Origin: Octopus sinensis
Lineage: Eukaryota
NCBI RefSeq assembly: GCF_006345805.1
Contig: NC_043013.1
Coordinates: forward strand, 5,084,001-5,148,000
DNA length: 64,000 nucleotides
Direction of reading: 5' to 3'
This document shows positions 1-12,689 of the stretch, one piece after another (positions within the stretch are counted from its first letter, which is position 1; the number at the start of each line of letters is the position of its first letter). The notes under the pieces were generated by a model. That model had not been told where the DNA came from and made no database searches. It saw nothing but the letters and a program-made list of their open reading frames with translations. The position numbers were made by a program, and so were the translations under genes.

Positions 1-311
1 ATATATATGTATATATATATATGTATATATATATATGTATATATATATATGTATATATATTATGTATATATATATATGTATATATATATATGTATATATA
101 TATATGTATATATATTAATTTATATATATATGTATATATATATGTATAATATATATGTATATATATATATGTATATATATATGTATATATATTATGTATA
201 TATATATGTATATATAATGTATATATATATGTATATATATATGTTATATATATATGTGTATATATATATGTGTATATATATGTATATATGTGTATATATA
301 TAGTGTATATG

Positions 312-344
<33 letters not shown>

Positions 345-1430
345 GTATATATATATGTATATATATATGTATATGTATATATGTATATGTATATATGTAT
401 ATGTATGTATATGTATATGTATGTATATGTATATATATGTATATGTATATATGTATATGTATATATGTATATGTATATATGTATATGTATATATGTATAT
501 GTGTATATATATATGTGTATATATATGTGTATATATATATGTGTATATATATATGTATATATATATATGTATATATATGTATGTATATATATGTATATAT
601 ATATATGTATATATATGTATATATATATGTTATATATATGTTATATTATGTTATATATAGATGTATATATATATTATGTATATATTATATGTATATAATA
701 TATGTATATATATATATGTATATATATATGTATATATATATATGTATATATATATATGTATATATAATATGTATATATATATGTGTATATATATGTGTAT
801 ATATATGTGTATATATGTGTATATATATGTGTATATATATGTGTATATATATATGTGTATGTGTATATATATATGTGTATATATATATGTATATATGTGT
901 GTATATATATATGTGTATATATGTGTGTATATATATATGTGTATATATATATGTATATATATATATGTGTATATGTGTATATATATATGTGTATATATAT
1001 ATGTGTATATATATATGTGTATATGTGTATATATATATGTGTATATGTGTATATATATATGTGTATATATGTGTATATATATATGTATATATATGTGTAT
1101 ATATATGTGTATATATATGTGTATATATATATGTGTATATATATATATGTGTATATATATATATGTGTATATATATATGTGTTATATATATTGTATATAT
1201 ATATGTGTGTATATATATGTGTGTATATATATATGTGTTATATATATATGTGTATATATATATGTATATATATATATGTATATATATATATGTATTATAT
1301 ATATGTATATGTATTATATGTATATGTATATATGTATATATGTATATGTATATATGTATATGTATATTGTATATGTATATATTATATATGTATATATTTA
1401 TATATATATATATGTATATATATTATTATG

Positions 1431-1465
<35 letters not shown>

Positions 1466-2080
1466 TATGTGTATGTATATATATGTGTGTATATATATAT
1501 ATGTGTATATATATGTGTATATATATATATGTATATATATATATGTGTATATATATATATGTATATATATATATGTGTATATATATATATGTGTATATAT
1601 ATATGTTATATATATATATGGGTTATATATATATGTGGTTATATATATGTGTATATATATATATGTGTATATATATATATGTGTTATATATATATATGTG
1701 TATATATATATATGTGTATATATATGTATGTGTATATATATATATGTGTATATATTGTATGTGTATATATATGTATGTGTATATATATGTATGTGTATAT
1801 ATATAGTATGATGTATATATATATGTATGTATTATATGTGTATATGTATATATAATTATGTATATATATATGTATGTATATATATATGTATGTATATATG
1901 TATGTATATATGTATGTATGTATATATATATGTATGTATATATGTATGTATATATGTATGTATATATGTATGTATATATATATGTATGTATATATGTATG
2001 TATGTATATATGTATGTATATATATATGTATGTATATATATATGTATGTATATATATATGTATGTATATATATATGTATG

Positions 2081-2113
<33 letters not shown>

Positions 2114-2114
2114 G
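1..2114. repeat. Compound (TA)n/(TATG)n/(TGTA)n low-complexity microsatellite field
   Basis: About 2.1 kb made almost only of TA, TG and TATG units; the Y/I/M/C/V-rich ORFs here are repeat artefacts. Confidence 0.97.
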
Positions 2115-4219
2115 TATAAGCCCCTGTACACCTAGCCAAAGATAAGCCCCTGTACCTGGCTTTCGTTGACCTGGAGAAAGCTTTTGATAGGGTCCCCGAT
2201 CCCTTATTGGTGGTCAATGAGGAAACTAGGGATAGATGAATGGCTGGTGAGGACTGTGCAAGCCATGTACAGAGATGCCGTAAGTAAGGTTAGGGTTGGC
2301 AACATGTACACAGAAGAATTCAAAGTAGAGGTTGGGTCCACCAGGGTCAGTACTCAGCCCCCTCCTATTTATCTCTAGTACTCCAGGCATTACGGAGGAA
2401 TTCAAGACAGGCTGTCCCTGGGAGCTCCTCTACGCTGACGACCTTGCTCTTATTGCTGAGTCACTATCAGAACTGGAGGAGAAGTTCCAGGTGTGGAAGG
2501 AGGGTTTAGAATCAAGGGGCCTTAGAGTCAACCTAGCTAAAACCAAAGTACTAATAAGTAGAAAGGTAGACAATCCACAAATATCTTCAGGAAGATGGCC
2601 CTGCTCGATCTGTAGAAAAGGTGTAGGTAGAAACTCTATAAGATGTACCCAGTGTAAGCTATGGACACATAAGAGGTGCAGCAATGTCAAAGGTAGGCTA
2701 ACTGGGAAGATAGTTTTTGTATGTGGCAGATGCTCGGGAGCATTACCTCCGAAAATCTGCAGATAACAACTTCCGTCACTTTCCAGGGGCAAAACTAGAA
2801 GTAGTTGATAGCTTCCGTTATCTAGGTGACCAAGTCAGTAGTGGGGGTGGGTGCGCTGAAAGTGTAACTGCTAGAATAAGAATAGCCTGGGCAAAGTTTA
2901 GGGAGCTCTTACCTCTGTTGGTGACTAAAGGCCTCTCGCTCAGAGTAAAAGGCAGACTGTATGATGCGTGTGTACGAACAGCCATGCTACATGGCAGCGA
3001 AACATGGGCTGTGACTGCTGAGGACATGCGTAAGCTCGTGAGGAATGAAGCCAGTATGCTCCGATGGATGTGTAATGTCAGTGTACATACTCGACAGAGC
3101 GTTAGCACCTTGAGAGAAATTTGTACCTAAGAAGCATCAGTTGTGGTGTGCAAGAGAGACGATTGCGCTGGTATGGTCATGTGGCGAGAATGGATGAAGA
3201 TAGGTGTGTGAGAAAGTGCCAATCCTAGCAGTTGAGGGAACCCGTGGAAGAGGTAGACCCAGAAAACCTGGGACGAGGTGGTGAAGCACGACCTTCGAAC
3301 TTTAGGCCTCACTGAGGAAATGACCAGAGACCGAGACCTTTGGAAATATTCTGTACGTGAGAAGACCAGGCAGGACAAGTGAGCCCAGCCCACTTATGAA
3401 TGCCTTTCCTCCCTTGGACACAAAGACCGGTTGAGGCAAGCGAAGTTGATATAGAACCTCATCCGACGACAGACACGCATCCCAACCCCCTGCTTGCAAA
3501 GACATGTTGGGGCAAGCGAAATCGAAATCGAATCGAAACCGAATTGAACCAGCCAGGATCCCTGGCCTGGTGGTACGTAAAAAGCACTATCCGACTCGGG
3601 GCCGTGGCACGTAAAATACTCCAATGCGACCGTACGACAGGCACCCATGCCAACCCCCTTTGCTTGTGAAGACATGTTGGGGCAAGCGAAATCGAAATCG
3701 AATTGAACCAGCCAGATCCCTGGTCTGGTGGTACGTAAAAAGCACTATCCGACTCGTGGCCGTGGCACGTAAAATACTCCAATGCGACCGTACGACAGGC
3801 ACCCTTGCCACCCCCTTTGCTTGTGAAGACATGTTGGGGCAAGCGAAATCGAAATCGAAATCGAATTGAACCAGCCAGGATCCCTGGTCTGGTGGTACGT
3901 AAAAAGCACTATCCGACTCGTGGCCGACGCCAGCACCGCCTCGACTGGCTTCCGTGCCGGTGGCACGTAAAATACACCAATCTGACCGTGGCCGTTGCCA
4001 GCCCCGCCTGGCACCTGTGCAGGTGGCACGTAAAAAGCACCCACTACACTCACGGAGTGGTTGGCGTTAGGAAGGGCATCCAGCTGTAGAAACATTGCCA
4101 AATTAGACTGGAGCCTGGTGCAGCCTTCTGGCTTCCCAGAACCCCGGTCGAACCGTCCAACCCATGCTAGCATGGAGAACGGACGTTAAACGACGATGAT
4201 GATGATGATGATGATGATG
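2115..4219 (+). mobile_element. 5'-truncated, frameshifted RTE-clade LINE (RT C-terminal half, 3' UTR, (GAT)n tail)
   Basis: Frames give [88 protein letters not shown] and GRLYDACVRTAMLHGSETW, all typical RTE RT motifs. The 3' end ...GGAAGGGCATCCAGCTGTAGAAAC...GGACGTTAAACGAC is followed by (GAT)n, and both flanks are TA/TG microsatellite. Confidence 0.93.
3490..3990 (+). repeat. Internal tandem triplication (~160-170 bp units) in the RTE 3' UTR
   Basis: GACATGTTGGGGCAAGCGAAATCGAAATCG recurs at ~3501, ~3671 and ~3828, each followed by GAACCAGCCAG...GGTGGTACGTAAAAAGCACTATCCGACTCG. Confidence 0.9.
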
Positions 4220-4256
4220 ATATATGTATATATATATATATGTATATATATATATG

Positions 4257-4303
<47 letters not shown>

Positions 4304-4511
4304 GTATATATTATATATGTATATATATATATATGTAATATATATGTATATATATATATGTATATATATGTATGTGTATATATGTATGTGTATATATGTA
4401 TGTGTATATATGTATGTGTATATATGTATGTGTATATATGTATATGTATATATGTATATGTATATATGTATATGTATGTATATATATGTGTGTGTGTATA
4501 CATGCACACAT
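4220..4511. repeat. (TA/TATG/TG)n microsatellite
   Basis: Directly visible low-complexity tract. Confidence 0.95.
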
Positions 4512-4853
4512 GAGGAGGAGACCCCCTTCGATCGTGACTGACCATGGGATTGCACCTAGAAAGTTACCCTCCGAGATACAAGTCTGGGCAAGGTTGTTTG
4601 TGGAAGACCAGCAATCGCCCATGCATACCAGCCTCCCCTCTCCACACCACTGATGTTATCCAAGGGAAAGGTAAAGGGTCCTATACAGTTTAGCACCTGT
4701 GACGTCGCAACTCATTTCTACAGCTGAGTGAACTGGAGCAACGTGAAACAGTGTCTTGCTCAAGAACACAACACGCAGCCCGGGCTGGGAATCAAACTCA
4801 CAACCCCACGATCGTAAGATCGACGCTCTAACCACTGAGCCATGCGCCTTCAC
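4512..4853 (-). mobile_element. tRNA-derived SINE (family C)
   Basis: Minus-strand head GGCGCATGGCTCAGTGGTTAGAGCG (A box) ... GAGTTTGATTCCC (B box), then GTGTTGTGTTCTTGAGCAAGACAC. Related fragments lie near 11760-11950, 18440-18545 and 27670-27950. Confidence 0.75.
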
Positions 4854-5603
4854 ATACACACATGTATGTGCATATAATAGTATAAAAGCTACTGGTTGTG
4901 CACACCTATGGAGAATTTCATATTCAAGAACCTCAGTAATTTCACAGACAGTGTGTATTCACTCACAAGGTATTAGTCAGCCCAAGGTTACAGTATATGA
5001 TTCTTACCCACAGTGACATGCTGTGGAATTGAACCTCAAATCCTTTGGTCGAGAAGTGTAATTTTTAACCACAGTGTGTGAAGGCACATGGCTTAATGGT
5101 TAGGGCTGAATCTCCCTGAGAAGTATGTGAAGGGGTACACATGTCTGTAGAGTGCTCAGCCACTTCACGTTAATTTCATGAGCAAGCTGTTCAATTGATC
5201 GTATCATCTGAGACCCTTGTCGTTGTAATCGATGGAGTGCTCCTTTTAATTGTTTGGTAGAAGACACTTGCTCTAAGTGCCTGGCAGTGAGATTGTATCC
5301 ATGACCACAGGGTTGTAAAGCAAGCTTCTTAACCACAACAGCCCTGGAAGTAGAAAGTTCTGAGTGGTTATAAATTACACTTCTCAACCACAGGATTTGG
5401 GGTTCAATTCTACTGCATGTCACTCTGGGCAAAAGTCATAACCTGTAACCTTGGGCTGACTAATGCCTTGTGAATGAATACATATGGCACTAACACACAA
5501 ACATATGTGTACGAACAAACATGCATACACACAGAGAAAAAGATGTACATGTACATTCAGAGATACACATAAACACACACATACATAGACATACACATAC
5601 ATA

Positions 5604-5812
5604 CAAGGGGGTATTGAAAAGTTCCTGGTTTTAAGGGTATCAAAAAAGGCCTGGTTGGAGGCCCAAACTTCCTTTCCAGACTTAGAAAAACTGAAGGACC
5701 GCTGCAATAAGTGTGTGAATCTGAGAAGGGAATATATTAAATAAAATCATAATTAACTGATCTTCCCATATTTTCTTTTACCCAAAGCCAGGAATTTTTC
5801 AGCACCTCCTCA
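5604..5812 (+). mobile_element. Mariner-derived MITE (internally deleted) with TA target duplication
   Basis: Left TA|CAAGGGGGTATTGAAAAGTTCCTGGTTTT. The right end reverse-complements to TA|TGAGGAGGTGCTGAAAAATTCCTGGCTTT. The interior keeps a mariner transposase-like C-terminus (LEKLKDRCNKCVNLRREYIK*). Confidence 0.82.
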
Positions 5813-5949
5813 TACACACTGACAAACACACACGCAAAACACAGACATGCGTACATGCACACAGAAAGATCTGTTGAAGCAATTGAAGGAGCCGCTCTGG
5901 GTGGATATTGTTGAGAAATTGGCCTTGAGACATCTGTGAGTTAAAAAAA

Positions 5950-6360
5950 AAAATGAGAAATACAGGGGAAGGATGTGGGGAGTGACCTGATAGAGGGAGG
6001 GTGAAAGGGTGTGTTTTGAGAGACAGAGACAGAGAGAGTACAGTGAAAGATGAATCTATAGAGAGAAAAGGAAGGGATATAGGTGGAGAGTAAGTGTGTT
6101 TGGTTCAGGCTAGAGAGAGGGGGAGAATATGGAACATAGAAAGAGTGAGAAAGATAGAGAGGGTGGCTATATAGGGGAATAAAGTCTTAGAGAGAGACAG
6201 ACGTGGAGAAAGAGAGAGAAAGGTAGTGTGTATGTACATGTACAAAATAAAAGAGATGACTTAGAGAGACAGATAAACAGAAAGAGAGAAGATAAACAAT
6301 AAAAGAAAAAAAATGACTTGCAACTATAAATGTAAAGTAAACAAGAGATAAAGAATAAAA
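5950..6360 (+). repeat. GA-rich polypurine low-complexity tract
   Basis: Degenerate (GA)n/(GAAA)n, strongly purine-biased on the + strand. Confidence 0.8.
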
Positions 6361-7339
6361 TTTTAAAAATATATCAAACAGGAGAAAAATTAAAGAAACA
6401 ACATTTGTTTCAATTATATAATAATAATAAATTAAATTTGCTTTTCGCTCCTCTTTCTTACATTACAGGATATTGGTGTGGTTTTTTGTTGGTTTATATG
6501 TTTGTTAAGTAAGAGAACTTAAGTGTAACCAAACCTTTGTTGCCACAAGATAGACTATATTTAGACTATATCAGTGTGTGTCTTGTGTTATGCACACATA
6601 TATTACATATACACACCATGCCAGCACGAAAGGCAGACATTAAACGATGATGATGATGATACACCCATTCACACATATATATATATATATATATATGTTA
6701 CATGGGCAATAGGGAAGGGTGTTTCAAACAACAATAATAGCAAGAAGATTACTGATGACTACTGCAATAACTACTATCAAATGTTAAGAAAAAAAAATAA
6801 TAAGTCAGCAACATTCTGCTTCAAATCTTCAAATAATTTACTTGAGACAAAGCTAGGGCAAAGTAAAATGTTTATCTGCTGTTTCTCATGTGAACTAACT
6901 TACAATAATAATAATAATAATAATTCTTTCTACTATAGGCACAATGCCTGAAATTTTGTTGGGAGTGGAGCTAGTTGATGACAAGCAACTCAGTGCTTGA
7001 CTGGTACTTGTATAGTTTATTGACCCAGGCAAAGTAGGCCTCAGCAGAATTTGAACCCAGAATGCCTAAACCTGGAAAAATACCGCTAAATATTTTATCC
7101 AGCTTGCTGACAATACTGTCAAAGTCAAGCTCAGTTGGATTTGAACTCAGAACATACAGAACCAGAAGAATTGCTGCTAAGTATTTTGTCCTACACTAAC
7201 AATTCTAGAAGCTCAACACTTTCCTACATGTTGAAGTCATCTTAAATCCCCATTCTGCATTAATGAGTCACATACTGTTGCAACCATAATTTGATATTTA
7301 ATAGAGATACAATTTATTTATTGCCTACAAGGGGCTAAT

Positions 7340-7730
7340 CATAGAATAGACAAACAAAGACAGACGAAGGGATTAAGTCGATTACATCGACCCCAGTGCG
7401 TAACTGGTATTTATTTAATCAACCCTGAAAGGATGAAAGGCAAAGTCGACCTCAGCGGAATTTGAACTCAGAACATAGCGGCAGACGAAATACCTATTTC
7501 TTTATTACCCACAAGGGGCTAAACATAGAGGGGACAAACAAGGACAGACATAGGTATTAAGTCGATTACATCGACCCCAGTGCGTGACTGGTACTTAATT
7601 TATCAACCTCGAAGGGATGAAAGGCAAAGTCGACCTCGGCGGAATTTGAACTCATAACATACTGGCAGACGAAATGCCGCTAACCATTTTGCCTGGTACG
7701 ATAACGATTCTGCCAGCTTGCTGCCTTAAT
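7340..7730 (-). mobile_element. Two adjacent tRNA-derived SINE copies (family B)
   Basis: Both carry AAGTCGATTACATCGACCCCAGTGCG...GGATGAAAGGCAAAGTCGACCTC.GCGGAATTTGAACTCA (B box on the minus strand). Many more copies occur in the window, e.g. 29385-29610, 34790-35215, 35730-35925, 36420-36630 and 37930-38150. Confidence 0.8.
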
Positions 7731-8539
7731 AGAGATATTTAATAGAGATAATCCCATCCTTAATCTGTGGGATTGTATGTTGTAAATCATGTGACTGAGT
7801 CAGAATGATTTCATAAATCTTATGTCAGTTTGGTGATTTCATATTCTGTATCTTCCTTTCATCAGATAACGTTGGACATCTACATGTTCGTTAAGATTAT
7901 CTAATATCCTCTGGTTAGTCATCCATTTAAACATACATGCATACATACACACACACACATGTATTTGTACGTACACAAATACATACACACACACACATAA
8001 ATATCTATAATCATACATACACATACATGTGCAAATACATATACACATAAATACATAGATAGATATATATACACACATATACACATATAGATATACATAC
8101 ACATACATAGATATATACACACACAACCACACAGACACACACATAAATATCTATAATCACACATATATAGATACATATAATCATACATACACATACATGT
8201 GCAAATACATATAGACATAAACACGTATATACACACATATACACACATATACACATATACACAACCTATTACATTGTAATCATGATAAAATCATTATTAA
8301 AGACCACTGGTGAAATTAATTACTTTACTAATTACTAAGATTGAGTCATGAAAGTAATTACAACAAATACAGGAAAGGAAGAGGTGGGGCTGATGATGTG
8401 GAGTCAGAAGATGTCTTGACTCTTCCGTGGCTTTATTTATACTAAGATACTACTTATCGTATTCCGTTAATGTTTAATATAACCACAATTCTAAAATCTT
8501 GGTTATATTGAACAGGTAAGGGTTACTCTTTTACCTCTT

Positions 8540-8905
8540 TTGGTCACGTGACAGTGGCCAAGCTGGAGCACTGCCTTTAGTCGAGCAAATCAACCTCAGG
8601 ACTTATTCTTTGTAAGCCTAGTACTTATTCTATTGGTCTCTTTTGCCGAACTGGTAAGTTACGGGCATGTAAACACACCAACATCAGTTGTCAAGCGATG
8701 GTGGGGGTAGACAAACAAGGGGACAAACACACACACACACACATGACAAGCTTCTTTCAGTTTCCATTTAACAAATCCACTCACAAGGCTTTGGTTGGGC
8801 CGAAGCTATAGTAGAAGACGCTTGCCCAAGGTGCCATACAGTGGGACTGAACCTGGAACCATGTGGTTGGTAAGCAACTACTTACCACACAGCCACTCCT
8901 GCGCT
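8540..8905 (-). mobile_element. tRNA-derived SINE (family A)
   Basis: Reverse complement of the full + strand copy at 59005-59442 (head GGAGTGGCTGTGTGGTAAG, internal (CA)n, tail GACTAAAGGC.GTGCTCCAGC). Confidence 0.8.
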
Positions 8906-9493
8906 TATATATATGTATATATATGGCAGGTTTCTTTCAGTTTTCATTTACCAAATCCACTCGCATGGCTTTAGTTAACCTGGAGCTATATTAGGAGACA
9001 TTTGCCCTAGATGCCATACAGTGGAACTGAACCCAAGACCACATAGTTAAGAAGAAAATCTCTAAACCACATAATTAACAAAATCTGAAATTAAGTCCAA
9101 AGATTAAATCAGATCACTGATGCTAACGAGGTAATAACATTGACACCACAACTTAATGTCAAGTTCTATGACACACATCATCGATAATCAGGTTTAACAG
9201 GTGTATCTGTATCTGAGAACAGGTGGCGTTAAGGTCTTTAAATAGGAATAACTGTAATGTGAGAGTGGCATAACTGTTTGTTGACCTTTATGTGAAAGGT
9301 CAGCACTTGATATTACATCATTGGAACAGTATTGTAAGGCCTTGGTAAAACCAATTCTTGATGGTTTGTTTCACAGACCAGTAAATAAGTACAATGAAGA
9401 GGCTCAGCTTACCAATATCACCAGCATATGTTGTTGTCATTATTGTTGTTGTTCTTTTTCTTGTTCTTGTTTAACTCCAGTTCGATCCTAATC

Positions 9494-9890
9494 ATAGGGA
9501 ATCCAGCTGTGACCATCCTCTCATGCTAAAGTTATCTAGAAATACATTTAATGTAATTCTGGATACCAACTTCTTTCTCCTGACCATAAGGGATCCAAAT
9601 GTGACCATCCTGCCTTTGAACATGTATTTAGAATTACCTTGTCTAATGTAATGTTAAATACATCTATAAAGACAGGACAGTCACAATTGGATTTCCTACA
9701 TAATTCTAGATACTACAAACTCTCTTTTTTCCTCCTCCTCCTCATAAAGATTCCTACTGTGGCTATCCTGCCTTTGTAGAGATATCTAGAATTACATTAC
9801 CTAATGTAAATACTACATACTTCTTATAAGGACAGGATGGTCACATTTGGATTCTTTATGTAATCATAGATACTGCATACCCTCTTTTCT
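9494..9890. repeat. Tandem array of ~2.5 palindromic MITE-like units
   Basis: Units open with ATAAGGGATCCAAATGTGACCATCCTGCCTTT-like sequence (~9494, ~9587, ~9744). The last two close with the inverted ...CAGGATGGTCACATTTGGATTC-like copy (~9670-9697, ~9828-9860). Confidence 0.6.
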
Positions 9891-10759
9891 TTCTCCTCCT
9901 TACCCTGGTTCATCTCTGCAATTACCCTCTCTTTTACCTACACTGTAGGTCATGTTAGGGCAACATCGAGCAGTCAAGACCCCTTTCTATTTCCCAAGAC
10001 AAAGGAAACTGCAGTAGTGCACCCAATAAAATGGATGACAAATGAGCTGAAATATCTGGCTCAGTCTAAACATCTTACTCAGGTCACAACTTCCGACTTA
10101 ACTAATTTCATGTTGCTGTGCTGGAGAGCCATCACCTACATTACTGAGTGGCCTAAGATACCTCTAATGTCACAGTGAAAGGGACCAAAATATATACAGA
10201 GCTACTTCACTGCCTGATGAGAACTTCAACTCCTGCATTCAAAGACTGGGTATGGGAGCACCCTCATCAAATAAGTGTTTAGCCCAAGCATATTCAGGAT
10301 TGCTAAATTAAAGTACAACTTGTATAAACTGCTGTCCGTTTATTTGATTCCACCATTTTCACACACATCCATCTACACTCACTGACACAATTCTGTTTAA
10401 TCAATAACAATTTATTGACTTATTCTTCAGTTCTTGAGCTAACATATGCTACAATTTATTTAGTCAACCAACAACATTGATACTCTAAACTCCATCCAAC
10501 AGAATCATCACTAACACCTTATCCACAGTTACTAATATATGACCTGCTCAAATTACCCCCAAGGTCAGCTTTGCCTTTCATTCCTTCAGGGTCAATAAAA
10601 TAAGTACCAGTTGTATACTGAGGTTGATGTAATCGACTTACTCCCTCCCGTGAAATTGCTGGCCTTGTGCCAAAAATTAGAAATCACTATATGACCATAC
10701 TTAATTTTACAACCTATATGTTTCTCTTTAAAATCTCTACAACATACCAATCCTTCTAC

Positions 10760-11190
10760 CACTTTCTCCCATTCCCACTGTCTCACACACTTCTTTACTC
10801 CCCCTCTCTCCCCCTCTTTCTCCCGACTTTCTCTTTCCTCTACCTCTCCTTTTTCTATTCTTCCCCCTCGTTTCCTGCCCCTCTCTCTCTCTCCTTCCTC
10901 TGTCTCTTCTTTCCTCCCCCATCTCTCTTATTCTCTTTTTCTCCTTCATTTCCTCTCCATATTCTTCCATTTTCTCTTTGTTTCCTTTCTCTCTCTCTTG
11001 TCTCTCCCTCTCTCTCTCTCTCTTGTCTTTCCCTCTCTTGTCTTTCCTTCTCTTGTCTTACCATCTCTCTCTTGTCTCTCCCTATCTCCCCCTCTCTCTC
11101 TCTTGTATCTCCCTCTCTCCCCCTCTCTCTCTCTTGTCTCTCCCTCTCTATTGTCTCTCTCTCCCTCTCTCGTCTCTCCCTCTCTCATTC
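10760..11190 (+). repeat. CT-rich polypyrimidine tract
   Basis: About 430 bp of (CT)n/(CTCTT)n variants. Confidence 0.9.
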
Positions 11191-12214
11191 TCTAATTAGA
11201 TTTTCAGTCAGGAATATGTACTTTTTTCATTATTGTTATTCTTTTTTCCCCTTTTAATGAGTTCATAAAACTGTTGTTTATCATCATCATCATCATCATC
11301 GTCAAATGTTTAATTTTAAACCTATTTCCCCATTTTCAACAAATGGTTTTAATCATTCGCTTTACGTCTCTTACTTTTTCATCTTTTATTTGTTTCCTTT
11401 TTTTACTATCTGTTATGTGTGTGTGTGTGTATGAATATATATTTGTGCATGTGTATGTATGTGTGTATATATGTGTGTATATATGTGTGTGCGTATGTGT
11501 GTCTATATATGTGTGTGTATATATATATATATATGTGTGTGTGTATGTATGTATGTACATGTGTGTGTGTGTGTGTATGTAATGTATGTTTGTGTATATG
11601 GGAGTATGCATGTATACAACCTCTGATAGGGGAAGGGTGCGTGTTTAAAAGCCAGCTGTCAACCATGTAAACTGTGTGGCTGAGTAGCATGTACCATGCT
11701 CTCACTAATTGTTATAGGTGCCTGTGTAATCACAGCTGACTTAGACACCCTCTCTCCTTTGAACCAATGACACCTCCAGGATGTGACAGAGAGAGAGAGA
11801 GAGCTGTACCAGCACTCAGCTGGTACTCATTTTTAGCTAAGTAGACTGGCGTAACATGAAATATCTTGTTCAAGGGCACAGTGTCTGCCTGATTCAGATT
11901 GAACCCATGATGTTTTGATTGAGACCCAGACACCGTGATTACTTACCCATGCATCTTCACACACTCACATACACTTACATATTTGCTTAAATATATATGT
12001 ATGCATATGTATACATACATGCATTTATGTCTGTGTGTGCATGTGTATATATTATATATATATATATTTATATATATATATATATTAGGTTGAGGGAAAA
12101 GTTTGTGTGTCATGTTAAAATAATGATTTTTTTTATGCAAGAATTTATTAAAAAACAACAACAACTATTCTTCAAAATGAAGGGCATCATGTTCCACGAC
12201 CTAGATCTTTACAT

Positions 12215-12545
12215 TTCCCCAGAAAATAGAATGGTACTTTCCTGCAGGTTGACAATGCAAGTTTTATTTCCAACTTCTTTCAGTCTTTTAGATAGGATTT
12301 TGGGTGTGGTGCCAAGTTCACCAATTACTGCAGGAATAATTGTTGTCTTGGTCTTCCACAGTCTCTTCAGCACTCTGGCTCAATCCCAATATTTCTCATT
12401 TCTTCAAGGGAATTGCAAAAATCTTTAACTTTATAACCATATCTGGTCTTCTTGTTCAGTAGAATGGTCACCTTTATGGAGAAGTCCTACAAGATCTTGT
12501 AATTCTAATTTTCTATCACAGCATCTGGTTCCTGTTTATACCACT
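12215..12545 (-). mobile_element. R4/Dong-clade non-LTR retrotransposon relic (restriction-like endonuclease region)
   Basis: The minus strand reads KWYKQEPDAVIEN*NYKIL*DFSI...EKYWD*ARVLKRLWKTKTTIIPAVIGELGTTPKILSKRLKEVG...VNLQES, matching the R4-type RLE C-terminus with stops. Confidence 0.72.
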
Positions 12546-12689
12546 TTTCTGTTATTTAGAAGCTGAGGTTGACTTAGCCTTTCATCCTTTTGCAGTCGAT
12601 AAAATAAGTAACAGTTGAACACTGGGGTCAACGTAATCAGCTTACCATTTCCCCCTAATCTGCTGGCCTTGTGCCAAAATTTAAAACTA

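Noticed and set aside
7-2217. Long ORFs up to 533 aa rich in Y/I/M/C/V (also at 4100-4650, 7800-8270, 23700-25200, 30800-31550)
   Set aside because: They are translations of (TA/TG/CA)n microsatellites, which lack stops in several frames; not proteins.
6469-6508. Acceptor-like cattacag followed by DIGVVFCWFICLL as a RASGEF1 exon
   Set aside because: No similarity to the expected RasGEF N-terminal sequence.
10214-10220. CTGATGA hammerhead-core or C-box hits (also ~54038 and ~57115)
   Set aside because: No stem II/GAAA partner and no D box with terminal stem; the 54038 hit is a point variant of SINE sequence.
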